Of a DNA stretch of 64,000 bases, positions 19,930 to 30,966 are shown piece by piece. How positions within the stretch are numbered: the stretch's first letter is position 1; each line of letters opens with the position of its first letter. The position numbers and the translations under genes were made by a program. Origin of the DNA: Escherichia coli (lineage in GTDB: Bacteria > Pseudomonadota > Gammaproteobacteria > Enterobacterales > Enterobacteriaceae); NCBI RefSeq assembly GCF_013122565.1, contig NZ_CP053258.1; one strand, 5' to 3'. The notes beneath the pieces are model-generated. The model did no database searches. It was not told where the DNA came from and saw nothing but the letters and a program-made list of their open reading frames with translations.

Positions 19930-20535
19930 TTATGCGCCTGCGGCAATCAGTAACTGCGCAATCTCTTCAAAGCCCCGTTCTCGCGCCAGTTCCAGCGGTG
20001 TTTTGCCATATTTATCGGTCAGATGCGGGCTGGCACCGTGTTCCAGCAATAACTGGACAATCGCCTGCTGTTTAATCCCGCCATCATTAAGCACAATCGC
20101 TTCCAGTAGCGGCGTCCAGCCAACATGGTTGGTCTGGTTAACGTTAATATCGGTGTGCGCCAAAAGCTCTTTTACAATACTTAAATGGCCTTTTTCACAG
20201 GCAGGCGTCAGGCCGACACCGCCAAAACGGGTTACGCAATTAAGATCGGGTTTAGCCGGTAAAATAATTCGTAGTAGCGTTAAATCATCGTACAGACAGC
20301 TAATTAAAAAAGGATTTAAACAGGTATGATCTTGTTTATTAATATCCGCTCCGGCATCAATTAATGCCTGAACGCAAGCATATTGCTGATATAAACTTGC
20401 CAGCGTAATTGCCGTTTTCCCGTGGCGATCGCAGGTATTAATATCGACACCCAGCGCAAGGCAGGTTTTTACTTTATCGATATCACCCTGTTGCGCAGCC
20501 AATAAATAGTCGGCAGGTAGATTTTTTATAGTCAT
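19930..20535 (-). CDS. yahD: ankyrin-repeat protein YahD
   Basis: 201 aa with ankyrin-like repeats (DRHGKTAITLAS..., GLTPACEKGHLSIVKELL..., GWTPLLEAIV..., YGKTPLELARERG...). Confidence 0.8.
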   Translation of the reverse strand: MTIKNLPADYLLAAQQGDIDKVKTCLALGVDINTCDRHGKTAITLASLYQQYACVQALIDAGADINKQDHTCLNPFLISCLYDDLTLLRIILPAKPDLNCVTRFGGVGLTPACEKGHLSIVKELLAHTDINVNQTNHVGWTPLLEAIVLNDGGIKQQAIVQLLLEHGASPHLTDKYGKTPLELARERGFEEIAQLLIAAGA

Positions 20536-20792
20536 TCACATTCCCCTGGTTTTTGTGGCTGTTTTCGATGAATTGAGAATAGCAACGATAATCTGATAAA
20601 AGAACCCGCTTAAATTTAATTCGCCGTATTTCGCCTTTTTGTTGAATGATGTTCAACAATCTTTTCGCAGTGTGCGGTAGTGCAATATTTGTTTCTTTGA
20701 CCCGATACCCTTTCACTCAATCAGGTTTTATTTCTCTATAGTCTGCACATGTAAGAGTAGCTTTCGTCCATGTCTAACCAGAGGGGAACAAG

Positions 20793-21290
20793 ATGAACGG
20801 ACTCACGGCAACGGGTGTCACCGTCGGTATTTGTGCAGGGCTTTGGCAGTTAGTGTCTTCACATGTCGGGCTCTCTCAGGGATGGGAATTATTAGGAACC
20901 ATTGGCTTCGTCGCCTTTTGCAGTTTTTATGCCGCAGGCGGCGGTAAATCGGGGTTTATCAGAAGTCTGGCGGTTAATTATTCCGGGATGGTGTGGGCAT
21001 TTTTCGCCGCGCTGGCTGCCGGTTGGCTGGCCTCGGTGAGTGGGATTTCTGGGTTCTGGGCCAGCGTGATGACTACCGTGCCTTTCTCAGCGGTAGTGGT
21101 CTGGCAAGGGCGTTTCTGGTTACTGTCTTTTATTCCCGGAGGCTTTCTCGGCATGACGCTATTTTTTGCCAGCGGGATGAACTGGACGGTGACATTACTG
21201 GGTTTTCTGGCGGGTAACTGCGTGGGGATAATTTCAGAATATGGTGGGCAAAAATTAAGCGAAGCGACGACTAAACGCGACGGGTATTAA
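20793..21290 (+). CDS. yahC: inner-membrane protein YahC
   Basis: 165-aa hydrophobic ORF MNGLTATGVTVGICAGLWQLVSSHVGLSQGWELLGTIGFVAF... Confidence 0.8.
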   Translation: MNGLTATGVTVGICAGLWQLVSSHVGLSQGWELLGTIGFVAFCSFYAAGGGKSGFIRSLAVNYSGMVWAFFAALAAGWLASVSGISGFWASVMTTVPFSAVVVWQGRFWLLSFIPGGFLGMTLFFASGMNWTVTLLGFLAGNCVGIISEYGGQKLSEATTKRDGY

Positions 21291-21381
21291 AAGTTATTCA
21301 AAAATGATTACCCATCTTTAATTGATACCTCTACAGTTATGCCTGGAGAAAATTAAAGTAGAAAATGGCGGGAATGGTTTA

Positions 21382-22314
21382 ATGAACTCAATTTTTACCG
21401 AAGAGAATCTGTTGGCATTTACTACCGCTGCGCGTTTTGGCAGCTTCAGTAAAGCCGCAGAAGAGTTGGGTTTAACCACTTCCGCCATTAGCTACACCAT
21501 TAAGCGTATGGAGACGGGGCTGGATGTGGTGCTGTTCACTCGCAGTACCCGCAGCATTGAGTTAACGGAGTCCGGGCGTTATTTTTTCCGCAAAGCTACC
21601 GACCTGCTGAATGATTTTTATGCCATCAAACGTAGCATAGATACTATTTCGCAGGGCATAGAAGCGCGTGTGCGCATTTGTATTAATCAGCTGCTTTATA
21701 CGCCCAAACACACCGCACGCTTATTGCAGGTACTGAAAAAGCAGTTTCCTACCTGCCAGATTACCGTCACCACCGAAGTGTATAATGGCGTCTGGGATGC
21801 GATTATTAATAATCAGGCGAATATCGCTATCGGCGCACCCGACACGCTGCTGGACGGTGGCGGTATTGATTACACTGAAATTGGCGCGATTCGCTGGGCT
21901 TTTGCTATCGCCCCGGATCACCCGTTAGCCTTTGTGCCGGAACCCATCGCCGAAAGCCAACTGCGTCTCTATCCTAATATCATGGTGGAGGACACCGCGC
22001 ATACGATTAATAAAAAAGTGGGCTGGTTGCTGCATGGGCAGGAGTCAATTCTGGTGCCAGATTTCAACACCAAATGTCAGTGCCAGATTTTAGGTGAAGG
22101 AATTGGTTTTTTGCCGGATTACATGGTCCGTGAGGCGATGGCGCAATCCCTGCTGGTTACCCGACAAATCCATAATCCACGCCAGGATTCACGCATGTTG
22201 CTGGCGACCCAGCATTCAGCAACGGGTCAGGTGACGCAGTGGATTAAAAAACAATTTGCGCCAAATGGCATATTAACGGGGATCTATCAGGATTTACTGC
22301 ATCGGGAGAATTAA
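21382..22314 (+). CDS. yahB: LysR-type transcriptional regulator YahB
   Basis: Start at MNSIFTEENLLAFTTAARFGSFSKAAEELGLTTSAISYTIKRME (310 aa); ORF track starts 20 codons upstream. Confidence 0.85.
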   Translation: MNSIFTEENLLAFTTAARFGSFSKAAEELGLTTSAISYTIKRMETGLDVVLFTRSTRSIELTESGRYFFRKATDLLNDFYAIKRSIDTISQGIEARVRICINQLLYTPKHTARLLQVLKKQFPTCQITVTTEVYNGVWDAIINNQANIAIGAPDTLLDGGGIDYTEIGAIRWAFAIAPDHPLAFVPEPIAESQLRLYPNIMVEDTAHTINKKVGWLLHGQESILVPDFNTKCQCQILGEGIGFLPDYMVREAMAQSLLVTRQIHNPRQDSRMLLATQHSATGQVTQWIKKQFAPNGILTGIYQDLLHREN

Positions 22315-22355
22315 TCGCTGCCAACCTCCCGATGCGCTGTGAATAGCGGTTTACA

Positions 22356-23444
22356 TCAACCACCTGCTTTCATTACCCATTCAGAGATAAATTTATTACC
22401 CGGAACTGGCGGGGAGTACAAATAGCCCTGCAAAAAGTGAACGCCTTTACCGATCATTAAATCCGCCTGCTCCTGGGTTTCTACCCCTTCCGCTACGATA
22501 CTCAGACCAGGCTTACGCGCCAGTTCGACAATATTGTCCACAATATGACCGGATATTTCGTCGACACTCGCCATTTGCACAAATGACTTATCGATCTTAA
22601 TAAAATCGACCGGAAACGCCTGCAGATAACGATAGGTCGCATAACCCGTACCAAAGTCATCCAGCGCAAAGGTAATGTTGTGCTGATGAAGGCTGTCAAA
22701 TATCGCTCTGGCTTCTGGCGTTACCGGAATAGGGTTACGTTCCGTTAGCTCGAGAACCAGTTTGATCTTATCGTTTCCTAATTTCTTGACCAGGTTCAGG
22801 CATTCTTTTTCAAATCCCGCGGCCAAAAAACAACCCGCCGAGACGTTGATACCAATATGGAAATTATCCGGCAGCAAATGTTTTACCGGCATCAGAATAT
22901 CCGCAGTCTGTTTCATCAGTTGGCGGGTCATTATGACAATAAGACCGGATGACTCCGCCAGAGGAATAAACTGATCCGGCGGGATGATTCCCGTTTGTGG
23001 ATGTTCCCAGCGGACAAGCACCTCACAGCCCGTCAGTACCCCAGTCTGCGCGCAGAAAACCGGTTGGATCCACGGTTTGAATTCATGGTTTTCCAACGCC
23101 AGACTGATGGCTTCAGGCGTGACGATATGGTGATAGTGATTATCATTAATATATCTGTGACTATTACTACCCGTGGCGGATATGATCTCCGGATTGTACT
23201 GAAAGAAAATATCGCGCCAGAAAGTAATATCGCTCTGAATCCCCAGTTTCTCAAAGAGCTGTTTCTTTTGATGTGAAATGGTCTTTGCACTGCGATTTCT
23301 GTACTGTGATATTTCTGTTACAGACATTCCCTGCATCAGCAGCTTGAGTAGCAGTCGTTCTTTCTCGGATACGCTACCAGGCAATGACAAATGAACCGTT
23401 GTACCGAACTCTTGCAGAAAAACACGAAAATCACATGAATTCAT
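22356..23444 (-). CDS. pdeL: c-di-GMP phosphodiesterase PdeL (YahA): LuxR-type HTH plus EAL domain
   Basis: Start at MNSCDFRVFLQEF (362 aa); N-terminal HTH (LTEISQYRNRSAKTISHQKKQLFEKLGI), C-terminal EAL domain. Confidence 0.88.
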   Translation of the reverse strand: MNSCDFRVFLQEFGTTVHLSLPGSVSEKERLLLKLLMQGMSVTEISQYRNRSAKTISHQKKQLFEKLGIQSDITFWRDIFFQYNPEIISATGSNSHRYINDNHYHHIVTPEAISLALENHEFKPWIQPVFCAQTGVLTGCEVLVRWEHPQTGIIPPDQFIPLAESSGLIVIMTRQLMKQTADILMPVKHLLPDNFHIGINVSAGCFLAAGFEKECLNLVKKLGNDKIKLVLELTERNPIPVTPEARAIFDSLHQHNITFALDDFGTGYATYRYLQAFPVDFIKIDKSFVQMASVDEISGHIVDNIVELARKPGLSIVAEGVETQEQADLMIGKGVHFLQGYLYSPPVPGNKFISEWVMKAGG

Positions 23445-24278
23445 GAACACACCTTTATCTTTTATCGCTGTTCAGTATGAGTGATTACCTGTGGATTCCT
23501 GAGCACACATAAGGGGTAACCATAAACATCAGCGATGCCATACGTATAACATCCCACATCACTATCAATAAGATTATCTTTACCTCTGATGCTCGCTCAA
23601 TAACAGTTACGCTAAATACTTTAAAAAGGTAATCACAAGTCAAACTCAGGAGATAATCACGCAAGAATGCAATATTAAAATTCAGATACTCATTTTGGGT
23701 AATAAAGAAGTAGTTGGACTATTTCAATATTTATAATTTCCCACTACGTACTGGCATCCATTCATGAGCAAAGGCGCATTATATGAATTTAACAATCCAG
23801 ATCAACTGAAAATACCTCTCCCTCATAAACACATAGCGTCAACATTCAATGACATAATGAGTAAAGATGTTGGTTATGCGTACGTATCATTACTCTATGC
23901 CTGTCCCTTAAAAACCCACCCATTAAGACTGAATCCATTCAGCAAATGATAACTAATATTATAGCAATGACAATAAAAACAATATTTAAAACATTCAATA
24001 AAATATCACACACAGATAATTAAACCTTAAATAACAAATTGTTGCGTTAATTTCAGTTGATTTACGATACACATTTCTCATGAATAATGAGTCATTTCAA
24101 ATGATCAGCAATATTTACATTAAATAAGACTAAACTTATTGAACATTCGCAACAGCCCAAATGTAGGTTTTGGCTTGTAATAGTTCTTTTCTTTTTTATT
24201 ATCTGTTGTCTGGTAATCATCAATAGATACTAAGTGCTTAATCGTATAGATATAACGTATCAAGAGGTAGGAGAAACA

Positions 24279-24306
24279 GCGCCATATGCAGACATGGCGC
24301 GGTTTT
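24279..24306 (-). terminator. putative terminator downstream of betT
   Basis: Stem gcgccat/atggcgc (7 bp, 8-nt loop); minus-strand reading followed by TGTTTCT. Confidence 0.45.
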
Positions 24307-24318
24307 ATGCAATAACAA

Positions 24319-26352
24319 TCACGCGTCCGGGAACATCACGCTATGGCCCGGCGCTTCACGATGGAGATGGATAAAGTTAAGGTGCCGCTCGTACTGGTCG
24401 AGAATATCGGTGATCACCTGCTCTTTGCTGTAGTCCATCAGGTCGTTGCCCTGGCTGCCTTCTAACAGGAAGGTTTCCAGCCGGTAGTAAGTCGATTTAC
24501 CGCTACGTGCGCGGTAGGTAAAGCCCGGCACCGAATATTGCTGTGGCCAAATCTGATAGACAAAGTTTTGCTCTTCGCCCATATGCACCAACAAATCCAG
24601 ATGCCCCAACTGTTGTCCCTCTTCCGGCGGTAGGCTTTTTAGCTCCACATACGCGCCGCGCAACCGCAGCTCTTGCGCCACTTCTTCCATTGCCGGGTAA
24701 CAGACCGTCTCCATCATCTGTTTAGTGTAACGCGTGCCCGGATAATTCATCAGGCGCGAGAGACGTTTTTTCCAACTCAGGCGATCCTGAAGCCCCAGCG
24801 GTCGCGGCGCGGTATCGCGGTTGGCACTTTCACGGCGGTAATCTTCTACTTTCAGAGATTTATACAACCCCGCCATCACGAAGAAGATCACAAAGCTGAA
24901 CGGCAGCCCCATAATCACCGTGGTGTTTTGCAGCGCGGATATCCCGTTGGTCATCAGCATGCCGAGCGTCAGCAGGCCAATCGCCACCGACCAGAAGACG
25001 CGCAGCCAGCCGGGGGCGTCGCTGTTGATATCTTTAAGCTGCGAGGTGAAATTCCCCAGCACCAGCGCCCCGGAGTCCGCCGAGGTCACATAAAACAGCA
25101 GGCCAGTAATGGTGGCGACGGAGGCGCTAAAGGTAAACGCCGGATACTGCGCCAGCAGGCTGTAGAAGCCGCGCTCCGGATGGACCATCGCTTCCTCTGC
25201 AAATGCCGCGCCGCCGTGGATGATTTCATACAGCGCGCTATTGCCGAACACCGAGAGCCATAACAGCGTGAAGGTAAACGGAATAATCAACGTGCCCAGC
25301 ACGAACTGGCGAATGGTACGCCCACGCGAGATACGCGCCAGGAACAAGCCGACAAACGGCGACCATGCCACCCACCATGCCCAGAAGAAGAGCGTCCAGT
25401 TATTCATCCACTCAACTGGACGGTCGAAGGCAAAACTGTTGAGCGTCATGCCCATAAAGCGATTCACATAGTCGCCAACATTCAGCACCAGTGCATTAAG
25501 CAGGAACGAAGTGTCGCCCATAAACAACACGAACAGGATCAATCCCAGCGCCAGCGCGACATTAAGCTCCGATAACACGCGAATGCCCTTATCGACACCG
25601 GATGTCACCGAGATAGTGGCGATGATCACCGACAAGGCGATCAGTGCCGCTTTCGCCGCCATTGAATCAGGAATATCAAACAGTACGCTCAAGCCATAGT
25701 TAAGCTGCACCACACCGATACCGAGCGTAGTGGCAATACCGAAGATGGTGCCGATCACCGCTGCAATATCCACTGAGTGACCTATCGGCCCGTTAATCCG
25801 TTTACCGAAGATCGGGTACAGCGCCGAGCGGATGGTGAGCGGCAAATTATAACGATAGCTAAAGTATCCAAGCGCCATGCCCATCAGCGCATACATCGAC
25901 CAGCCGGTTAAGCCGTAGTGAAACAGCGTCCAGACCATCGCCTGACGCGCGGCCTCAATCGTCTGTCCCGCGCCTTCCGGCGGCTGCATATACTGCGTTA
26001 CCGGTTCGGCTACGGAAAAGAACATCAGATCGATACCGATCCCGGCAGCAAACAGCATCGCCGCCCAACTCAGCAGACTGAATTCCGGTTTGGATTGTTC
26101 TGGCCCGAGCTTCACCGAACCAAAACGCGAACAAGCGATACAGACCACAAAGACAATATAGAGCGTTGCCGCCAGCAGATAGTACCAACCGAAGGTTTTA
26201 GAGACCCAGTCCAGCGTGCGGCCAATCCACAGGGCCGAGAAGTCGCGAAACAGGATCGTTGTCAGGGAAAACAACAAAATCAGTCCGGCGGAAGTGTAAA
26301 ACACCACCGGATTGATTTTGTCCTTTTCCCTGCTGTGTGAAAGGTCTGTCAT
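24319..26352 (-). CDS. betT: choline transporter BetT (BCCT family)
   Basis: 677-aa ORF MTDLSHSREKDKINPVVFYTSAGLILLF... Confidence 0.93.
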   Translation of the reverse strand: MTDLSHSREKDKINPVVFYTSAGLILLFSLTTILFRDFSALWIGRTLDWVSKTFGWYYLLAATLYIVFVVCIACSRFGSVKLGPEQSKPEFSLLSWAAMLFAAGIGIDLMFFSVAEPVTQYMQPPEGAGQTIEAARQAMVWTLFHYGLTGWSMYALMGMALGYFSYRYNLPLTIRSALYPIFGKRINGPIGHSVDIAAVIGTIFGIATTLGIGVVQLNYGLSVLFDIPDSMAAKAALIALSVIIATISVTSGVDKGIRVLSELNVALALGLILFVLFMGDTSFLLNALVLNVGDYVNRFMGMTLNSFAFDRPVEWMNNWTLFFWAWWVAWSPFVGLFLARISRGRTIRQFVLGTLIIPFTFTLLWLSVFGNSALYEIIHGGAAFAEEAMVHPERGFYSLLAQYPAFTFSASVATITGLLFYVTSADSGALVLGNFTSQLKDINSDAPGWLRVFWSVAIGLLTLGMLMTNGISALQNTTVIMGLPFSFVIFFVMAGLYKSLKVEDYRRESANRDTAPRPLGLQDRLSWKKRLSRLMNYPGTRYTKQMMETVCYPAMEEVAQELRLRGAYVELKSLPPEEGQQLGHLDLLVHMGEEQNFVYQIWPQQYSVPGFTYRARSGKSTYYRLETFLLEGSQGNDLMDYSKEQVITDILDQYERHLNFIHLHREAPGHSVMFPDA

Positions 26353-26414
26353 CCAGTATCCCCACTGTTATTGTTACCATTTAAAATCAAATTCGCAACA
26401 ATTAAGACACATTT

Positions 26415-26437
26415 TATATTGAACGTCCAATCAATAA
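26415..26437. promoter_or_regulatory. putative BetI operator in betT/betI divergent promoter region
   Basis: Near-palindrome tattgaacgtccaatca (TTGAACG/CGTCCAA half-sites) between the divergent starts. Confidence 0.4.
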
Positions 26438-26480
26438 CCGCTTTAATAGATAAACAACGCTGATGAATGGAGTGGCGAAA

Positions 26481-27068
26481 ATGCCCAAATTGGGGATGCA
26501 GTCGATCCGGCGCAGACAACTGATCGACGCCACGCTGGAAGCAATAAATGAAGTGGGCATGCATGATGCGACGATCGCGCAGATCGCCCGCCGGGCGGGC
26601 GTTTCCACCGGGATCATCAGCCACTATTTCAAGGACAAAAATGGTCTGCTGGAAGCGACCATGCGCGATATCACCAGCCAGCTGCGCGACGCGGTGTTGA
26701 ACCGCTTGCACGCGCTTCCTGATGGCAGCGCCGAGCAGCGATTACAGGCGATTGTTGACGGAAACTTCGATGAAACGCAGGTGAGCAGTGCGGCGATGAA
26801 AGCCTGGCTGGCGTTCTGGGCCAGCAGTATGCATCAGCCGATGCTCTATCGTTTACAGCAGGTCAGCAGCCGCCGCTTGCTGTCGAATCTGGTGAGCGAG
26901 TTTCGCCGCGAATTGCCGCGCGAACAGGCACAGGAAGCGGGCTACGGCCTGGCCGCGCTGATTGATGGATTATGGCTGCGCGCGGCACTGAGCGGCAAAC
27001 CGCTGGATAAACCTCTCGCACACTCGCTGACCCGTCACTTTATTACTCAGCATTTACCCACCGATTAA
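26481..27068 (+). CDS. betI: TetR-family repressor BetI
   Basis: Start at [19 protein letters not shown] (195 aa); TetR HTH. Confidence 0.9.
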   Translation: MPKLGMQSIRRRQLIDATLEAINEVGMHDATIAQIARRAGVSTGIISHYFKDKNGLLEATMRDITSQLRDAVLNRLHALPDGSAEQRLQAIVDGNFDETQVSSAAMKAWLAFWASSMHQPMLYRLQQVSSRRLLSNLVSEFRRELPREQAQEAGYGLAALIDGLWLRAALSGKPLDKPLAHSLTRHFITQHLPTD

Positions 27069-27081
27069 CCGAGGAGACGTG

Positions 27082-28554
27082 ATGTCCCGAATGGCAGAAC
27101 AGCAGCTTTATATACATGGTGGTTATACCTCCGCCACCAGCGGTCGCACCTTCGAGACCATTAACCCGGCCAACGGTAACGTGCTGGCGACCGTGCAGGC
27201 CGCCGGGCGCGAGGATGTCGATCGCGCCGTGAAAAGCGCCCAGCAGGGGCAAAAAATCTGGGCGGCGATGACCGCCATGGAGCGCTCGCGCATTCTGCGT
27301 CGGGCCGTCGATATTCTGCGCGAGCGCAATGATGAACTCGCAAAACTGGAAACCCTCGACACCGGAAAAGCGTATTCGGAAACCTCAACCGTCGATATCG
27401 TTACCGGTGCGGACGTGCTGGAGTACTACGCCGGGCTGATCCCGTCGCTGGAAGGCAGCCAGATCCCGTTGCGTGAGATGTCATTTGTTTATACCCGCCG
27501 CGAACCGCTGGGCGTGGTGGCAGGGATTGGCGCATGGAACTACCCGATCCAGATTGCCCTGTGGAAATCCGCCCCGGCGCTGGCGGCAGGCAACGCAATG
27601 ATTTTCAAACCGAGCGAAGTCACCCCGCTTACCGCGTTAAAGCTGGCTGAAATTTACAGCGAAGCGGGCCTGCCGGACGGCGTATTTAACGTGTTGCCGG
27701 GGGTGGGCGCGGAGACCGGGCAATATCTGACCGAGCATCCGGGCATTGCCAAAGTGTCATTTACCGGCGGTGTCGCCAGCGGCAAAAAAGTGATGGCTAA
27801 CTCGGCGGCCTCTTCCCTGAAAGAAGTGACCATGGAACTGGGCGGTAAATCACCACTGATCGTTTTCGACGATGCGGATCTCGATCTCGCCGCCGATATC
27901 GCCATGATGGCGAACTTCTTCAGTTCTGGTCAGGTGTGTACCAACGGCACCCGCGTCTTCGTTCCGGCGAAATGCAAAGCCGCGTTTGAACAAAAGATTC
28001 TGGCACGCGTTGAGCGCATTCGCGCGGGGGACGTTTTCGATCCGCAAACCAATTTTGGCCCGCTGGTCAGCTTCCCGCATCGCGATAACGTGCTGCGCTA
28101 TATCGCCAAAGGCAAAGAGGAAGGCGCGCGCGTCCTGTGCGGCGGCGATGTGCTGAAAGGTGATGGCTTCGATAATGGCGCATGGGTTGCGCCGACCGTG
28201 TTCACCGATTGCAGCGACGAGATGACCATTGTGCGCGAAGAGATTTTCGGGCCGGTGATGTCCATTCTGACCTACGAGTCGGAAGACGAAGTCATTCGCC
28301 GCGCCAATGATACCGACTATGGTCTGGCGGCGGGTATCGTGACGGCGGACCTGAACCGCGCGCATCGCGTCATTCATCAGCTGGAAGCGGGTATTTGCTG
28401 GATCAACACCTGGGGCGAATCCCCGGCAGAGATGCCCGTTGGCGGCTACAAACACTCCGGTATTGGCCGCGAGAACGGCGTGATGACGCTCCAGAGTTAC
28501 ACCCAGGTGAAGTCCATCCAGGTTGAGATGGCTAAATTCCAGTCCATATTCTAA
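27082..28554 (+). CDS. betB: betaine aldehyde dehydrogenase
   Basis: Start at [15 protein letters not shown] (490 aa); aldehyde dehydrogenase active-site motifs (ELGGKSP, catalytic Cys region). Confidence 0.93.
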   Translation: MSRMAEQQLYIHGGYTSATSGRTFETINPANGNVLATVQAAGREDVDRAVKSAQQGQKIWAAMTAMERSRILRRAVDILRERNDELAKLETLDTGKAYSETSTVDIVTGADVLEYYAGLIPSLEGSQIPLREMSFVYTRREPLGVVAGIGAWNYPIQIALWKSAPALAAGNAMIFKPSEVTPLTALKLAEIYSEAGLPDGVFNVLPGVGAETGQYLTEHPGIAKVSFTGGVASGKKVMANSAASSLKEVTMELGGKSPLIVFDDADLDLAADIAMMANFFSSGQVCTNGTRVFVPAKCKAAFEQKILARVERIRAGDVFDPQTNFGPLVSFPHRDNVLRYIAKGKEEGARVLCGGDVLKGDGFDNGAWVAPTVFTDCSDEMTIVREEIFGPVMSILTYESEDEVIRRANDTDYGLAAGIVTADLNRAHRVIHQLEAGICWINTWGESPAEMPVGGYKHSGIGRENGVMTLQSYTQVKSIQVEMAKFQSIF

Positions 28555-28567
28555 CCAGGAGGTTTAT

Positions 28568-30238
28568 TTGCAATTTGACTACATCATTATTGGTGCCGGC
28601 TCAGCCGGCAACGTTCTCGCTACCCGTCTGACTGAAGATCCGAATACCTCCGTGCTGCTGCTTGAAGCGGGCGGCCCGGACTATCGCTTTGACTTCCGCA
28701 CCCAGATGCCCGCTGCCCTGGCATTCCCGCTACAGGGTAAACGCTACAACTGGGCCTATGAAACGGAACCTGAACCGTTTATGAATAACCGCCGCATGGA
28801 GTGCGGACGCGGTAAAGGTCTGGGCGGATCGTCGCTGATCAACGGCATGTGCTACATCCGTGGCAATGCGCTGGATCTCGATAACTGGGCGCAAGAACCC
28901 GGTCTGGAGAACTGGAGCTACCTCGACTGCCTGCCCTACTACCGCAAGGCCGAGACGCGCGATATTGGTGAAAATGACTACCACGGCGGCGACGGCCCGG
29001 TGAGCGTCACCACCTCCAAACCCGGCGTCAATCCGTTGTTTGAAGCGATGATTGAAGCGGGCGTGCAGGCGGGCTACCCGCGCACGGACGATCTCAACGG
29101 TTATCAGCAGGAAGGTTTTGGTCCGATGGATCGCACCGTCACGCCGCAGGGCCGTCGCGCCAGTACCGCGCGCGGTTATCTCGATCAGGCCAAATCGCGC
29201 CCTAACCTGACCATTCGTACTCACGCTATGACCGATCACATCATTTTTGACGGCAAACGCGCGGTGGGCGTCGAGTGGCAGGAAGGCGACAGCACCATTC
29301 CAACCCGCGCAACGGCCAACAAAGAAGTGTTGTTATGTGCAGGCGCGATTGCCTCACCGCAGATCCTGCAACGCTCCGGCGTCGGCAACGCTGAACTGCT
29401 GGCGGAGTTTGATATTCCGCTGGTGCATGATTTACCCGGCGTCGGCGAAAATCTTCAGGATCATCTGGAGATGTATCTGCAATATGAGTGCAAAGAACCG
29501 GTTTCCCTCTACCCTGCCCTGCAGTGGTGGAATCAGCCGAAAATCGGTGCGGAGTGGCTGTTTGGCGGCACCGGCGTTGGTGCCAGCAACCACTTTGAGG
29601 CGGGCGGATTTATCCGCAGCCGCGATGAATTTGCGTGGCCGAATATTCAGTACCATTTCCTGCCAGTGGCGATTAACTATAACGGCTCGAATGCAGTGAA
29701 AGAGCACGGCTTCCAGTGCCACGTCGGATCGATGCGCTCGCCAAGCCGTGGGCATGTGCGGATTAAATCCCGCGACCCGCACCAGCATCCGGCAATTCTG
29801 TTTAACTACATGTCGCACGAACAGGACTGGCAGGAATTCCGCGATGCAATTCGCATCACCCGCGAGATCATGCATCAACCCGCGCTGGATCAGTATCGTG
29901 GCCGCGAAATCAGCCCCGGTGTCGAATGCCAGACGGATGAGCAGCTCGATGAGTTCGTGCGTAATCACGCCGAAACCGCCTTCCATCCGTGCGGTACCTG
30001 CAAAATGGGCTACGACGAGATGTCCGTGGTTGACGGCGAAGGCCGCGTACACGGGCTGGAAGGCCTGCGCGTGGTGGATGCGTCAATTATGCCGCAGATT
30101 ATCACCGGCAATTTGAACGCCACGACGATTATGATTGGCGAGAAAATAGCGGATATGATTCGTGGACAGGAAGCGCTGCCGAGGAGCACGGCGGGATATT
30201 TTGTGGCAAATGGGATGCCGGTGAGAGCGAAAAAATGA
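28568..30238 (+). CDS. betA: choline dehydrogenase (GMC oxidoreductase)
   Basis: TTG start giving [21 protein letters not shown] (556 aa); FAD-binding GxGxxG. Confidence 0.9.
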   Translation: MQFDYIIIGAGSAGNVLATRLTEDPNTSVLLLEAGGPDYRFDFRTQMPAALAFPLQGKRYNWAYETEPEPFMNNRRMECGRGKGLGGSSLINGMCYIRGNALDLDNWAQEPGLENWSYLDCLPYYRKAETRDIGENDYHGGDGPVSVTTSKPGVNPLFEAMIEAGVQAGYPRTDDLNGYQQEGFGPMDRTVTPQGRRASTARGYLDQAKSRPNLTIRTHAMTDHIIFDGKRAVGVEWQEGDSTIPTRATANKEVLLCAGAIASPQILQRSGVGNAELLAEFDIPLVHDLPGVGENLQDHLEMYLQYECKEPVSLYPALQWWNQPKIGAEWLFGGTGVGASNHFEAGGFIRSRDEFAWPNIQYHFLPVAINYNGSNAVKEHGFQCHVGSMRSPSRGHVRIKSRDPHQHPAILFNYMSHEQDWQEFRDAIRITREIMHQPALDQYRGREISPGVECQTDEQLDEFVRNHAETAFHPCGTCKMGYDEMSVVDGEGRVHGLEGLRVVDASIMPQIITGNLNATTIMIGEKIADMIRGQEALPRSTAGYFVANGMPVRAKK

Positions 30239-30966
30239 GTCGTGATTTGAACTGACGCAAGTCCCTGCAAAGTTAAGCGTTACCGTCTTGAGATAGGTAT
30301 ACAAAGTCTCATACTTCTCTCTCAACAATCCGAAATAATCGGGTACCCGCGTTTACCGGATCAGGAAGGCATATACTATCCGGTCTGCGCTTTCTACTGC
30401 AATATTTCTAAAAGTTGCGCAACACGCGGCAGGATAGTGCTTTTACGCAAAGAAGCACTTTCTGCCGCCCGGGAAATGCGCGCGTGCTATACGCCGTTTT
30501 ACCTGAGATATGACAGAGTAAAGCCCTGTTAAAATACTCTTGTCGTCTCAGGTAAAATAAGTGATTAATATCAATCATATATTTTTACAGCAAGACAACC
30601 ACGTACAAACTCAGGATTAATATGTTTTACCGATTCCCCAACATAACCCAAATCAAGCGAACTAATTTGTGCCATTTCTTTCTCTGTCAATGAGAAATCG
30701 ATTTTTGATGGGCATCTGCAATACTCTGAAGCAGACTATAAGGAAAATTCTACTGCCCCCCTCCATTCCGCATGAACAATGAGTCTACGTTAAAACGTAA
30801 CCTCAAATTAGTATGTGGATTTTGATATCACTTATGCAAAAAATTCATTAATAATGTAGGACTGAAACCTCTCTATTTTCGGGGACAACGAAGCAGACGC
30901 TACCAGTGCTTTTGCCTTCGGCCTTGCTGTTTTTGATACACTTAGGGCCCAGGGCATAACGAAAAT

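Noticed and set aside
23764-23949. 61-aa ORF in the AT-rich pdeL-betT intergenic region
   Set aside because: No Shine-Dalgarno sequence, AT-rich random-looking composition, no recognisable protein features.
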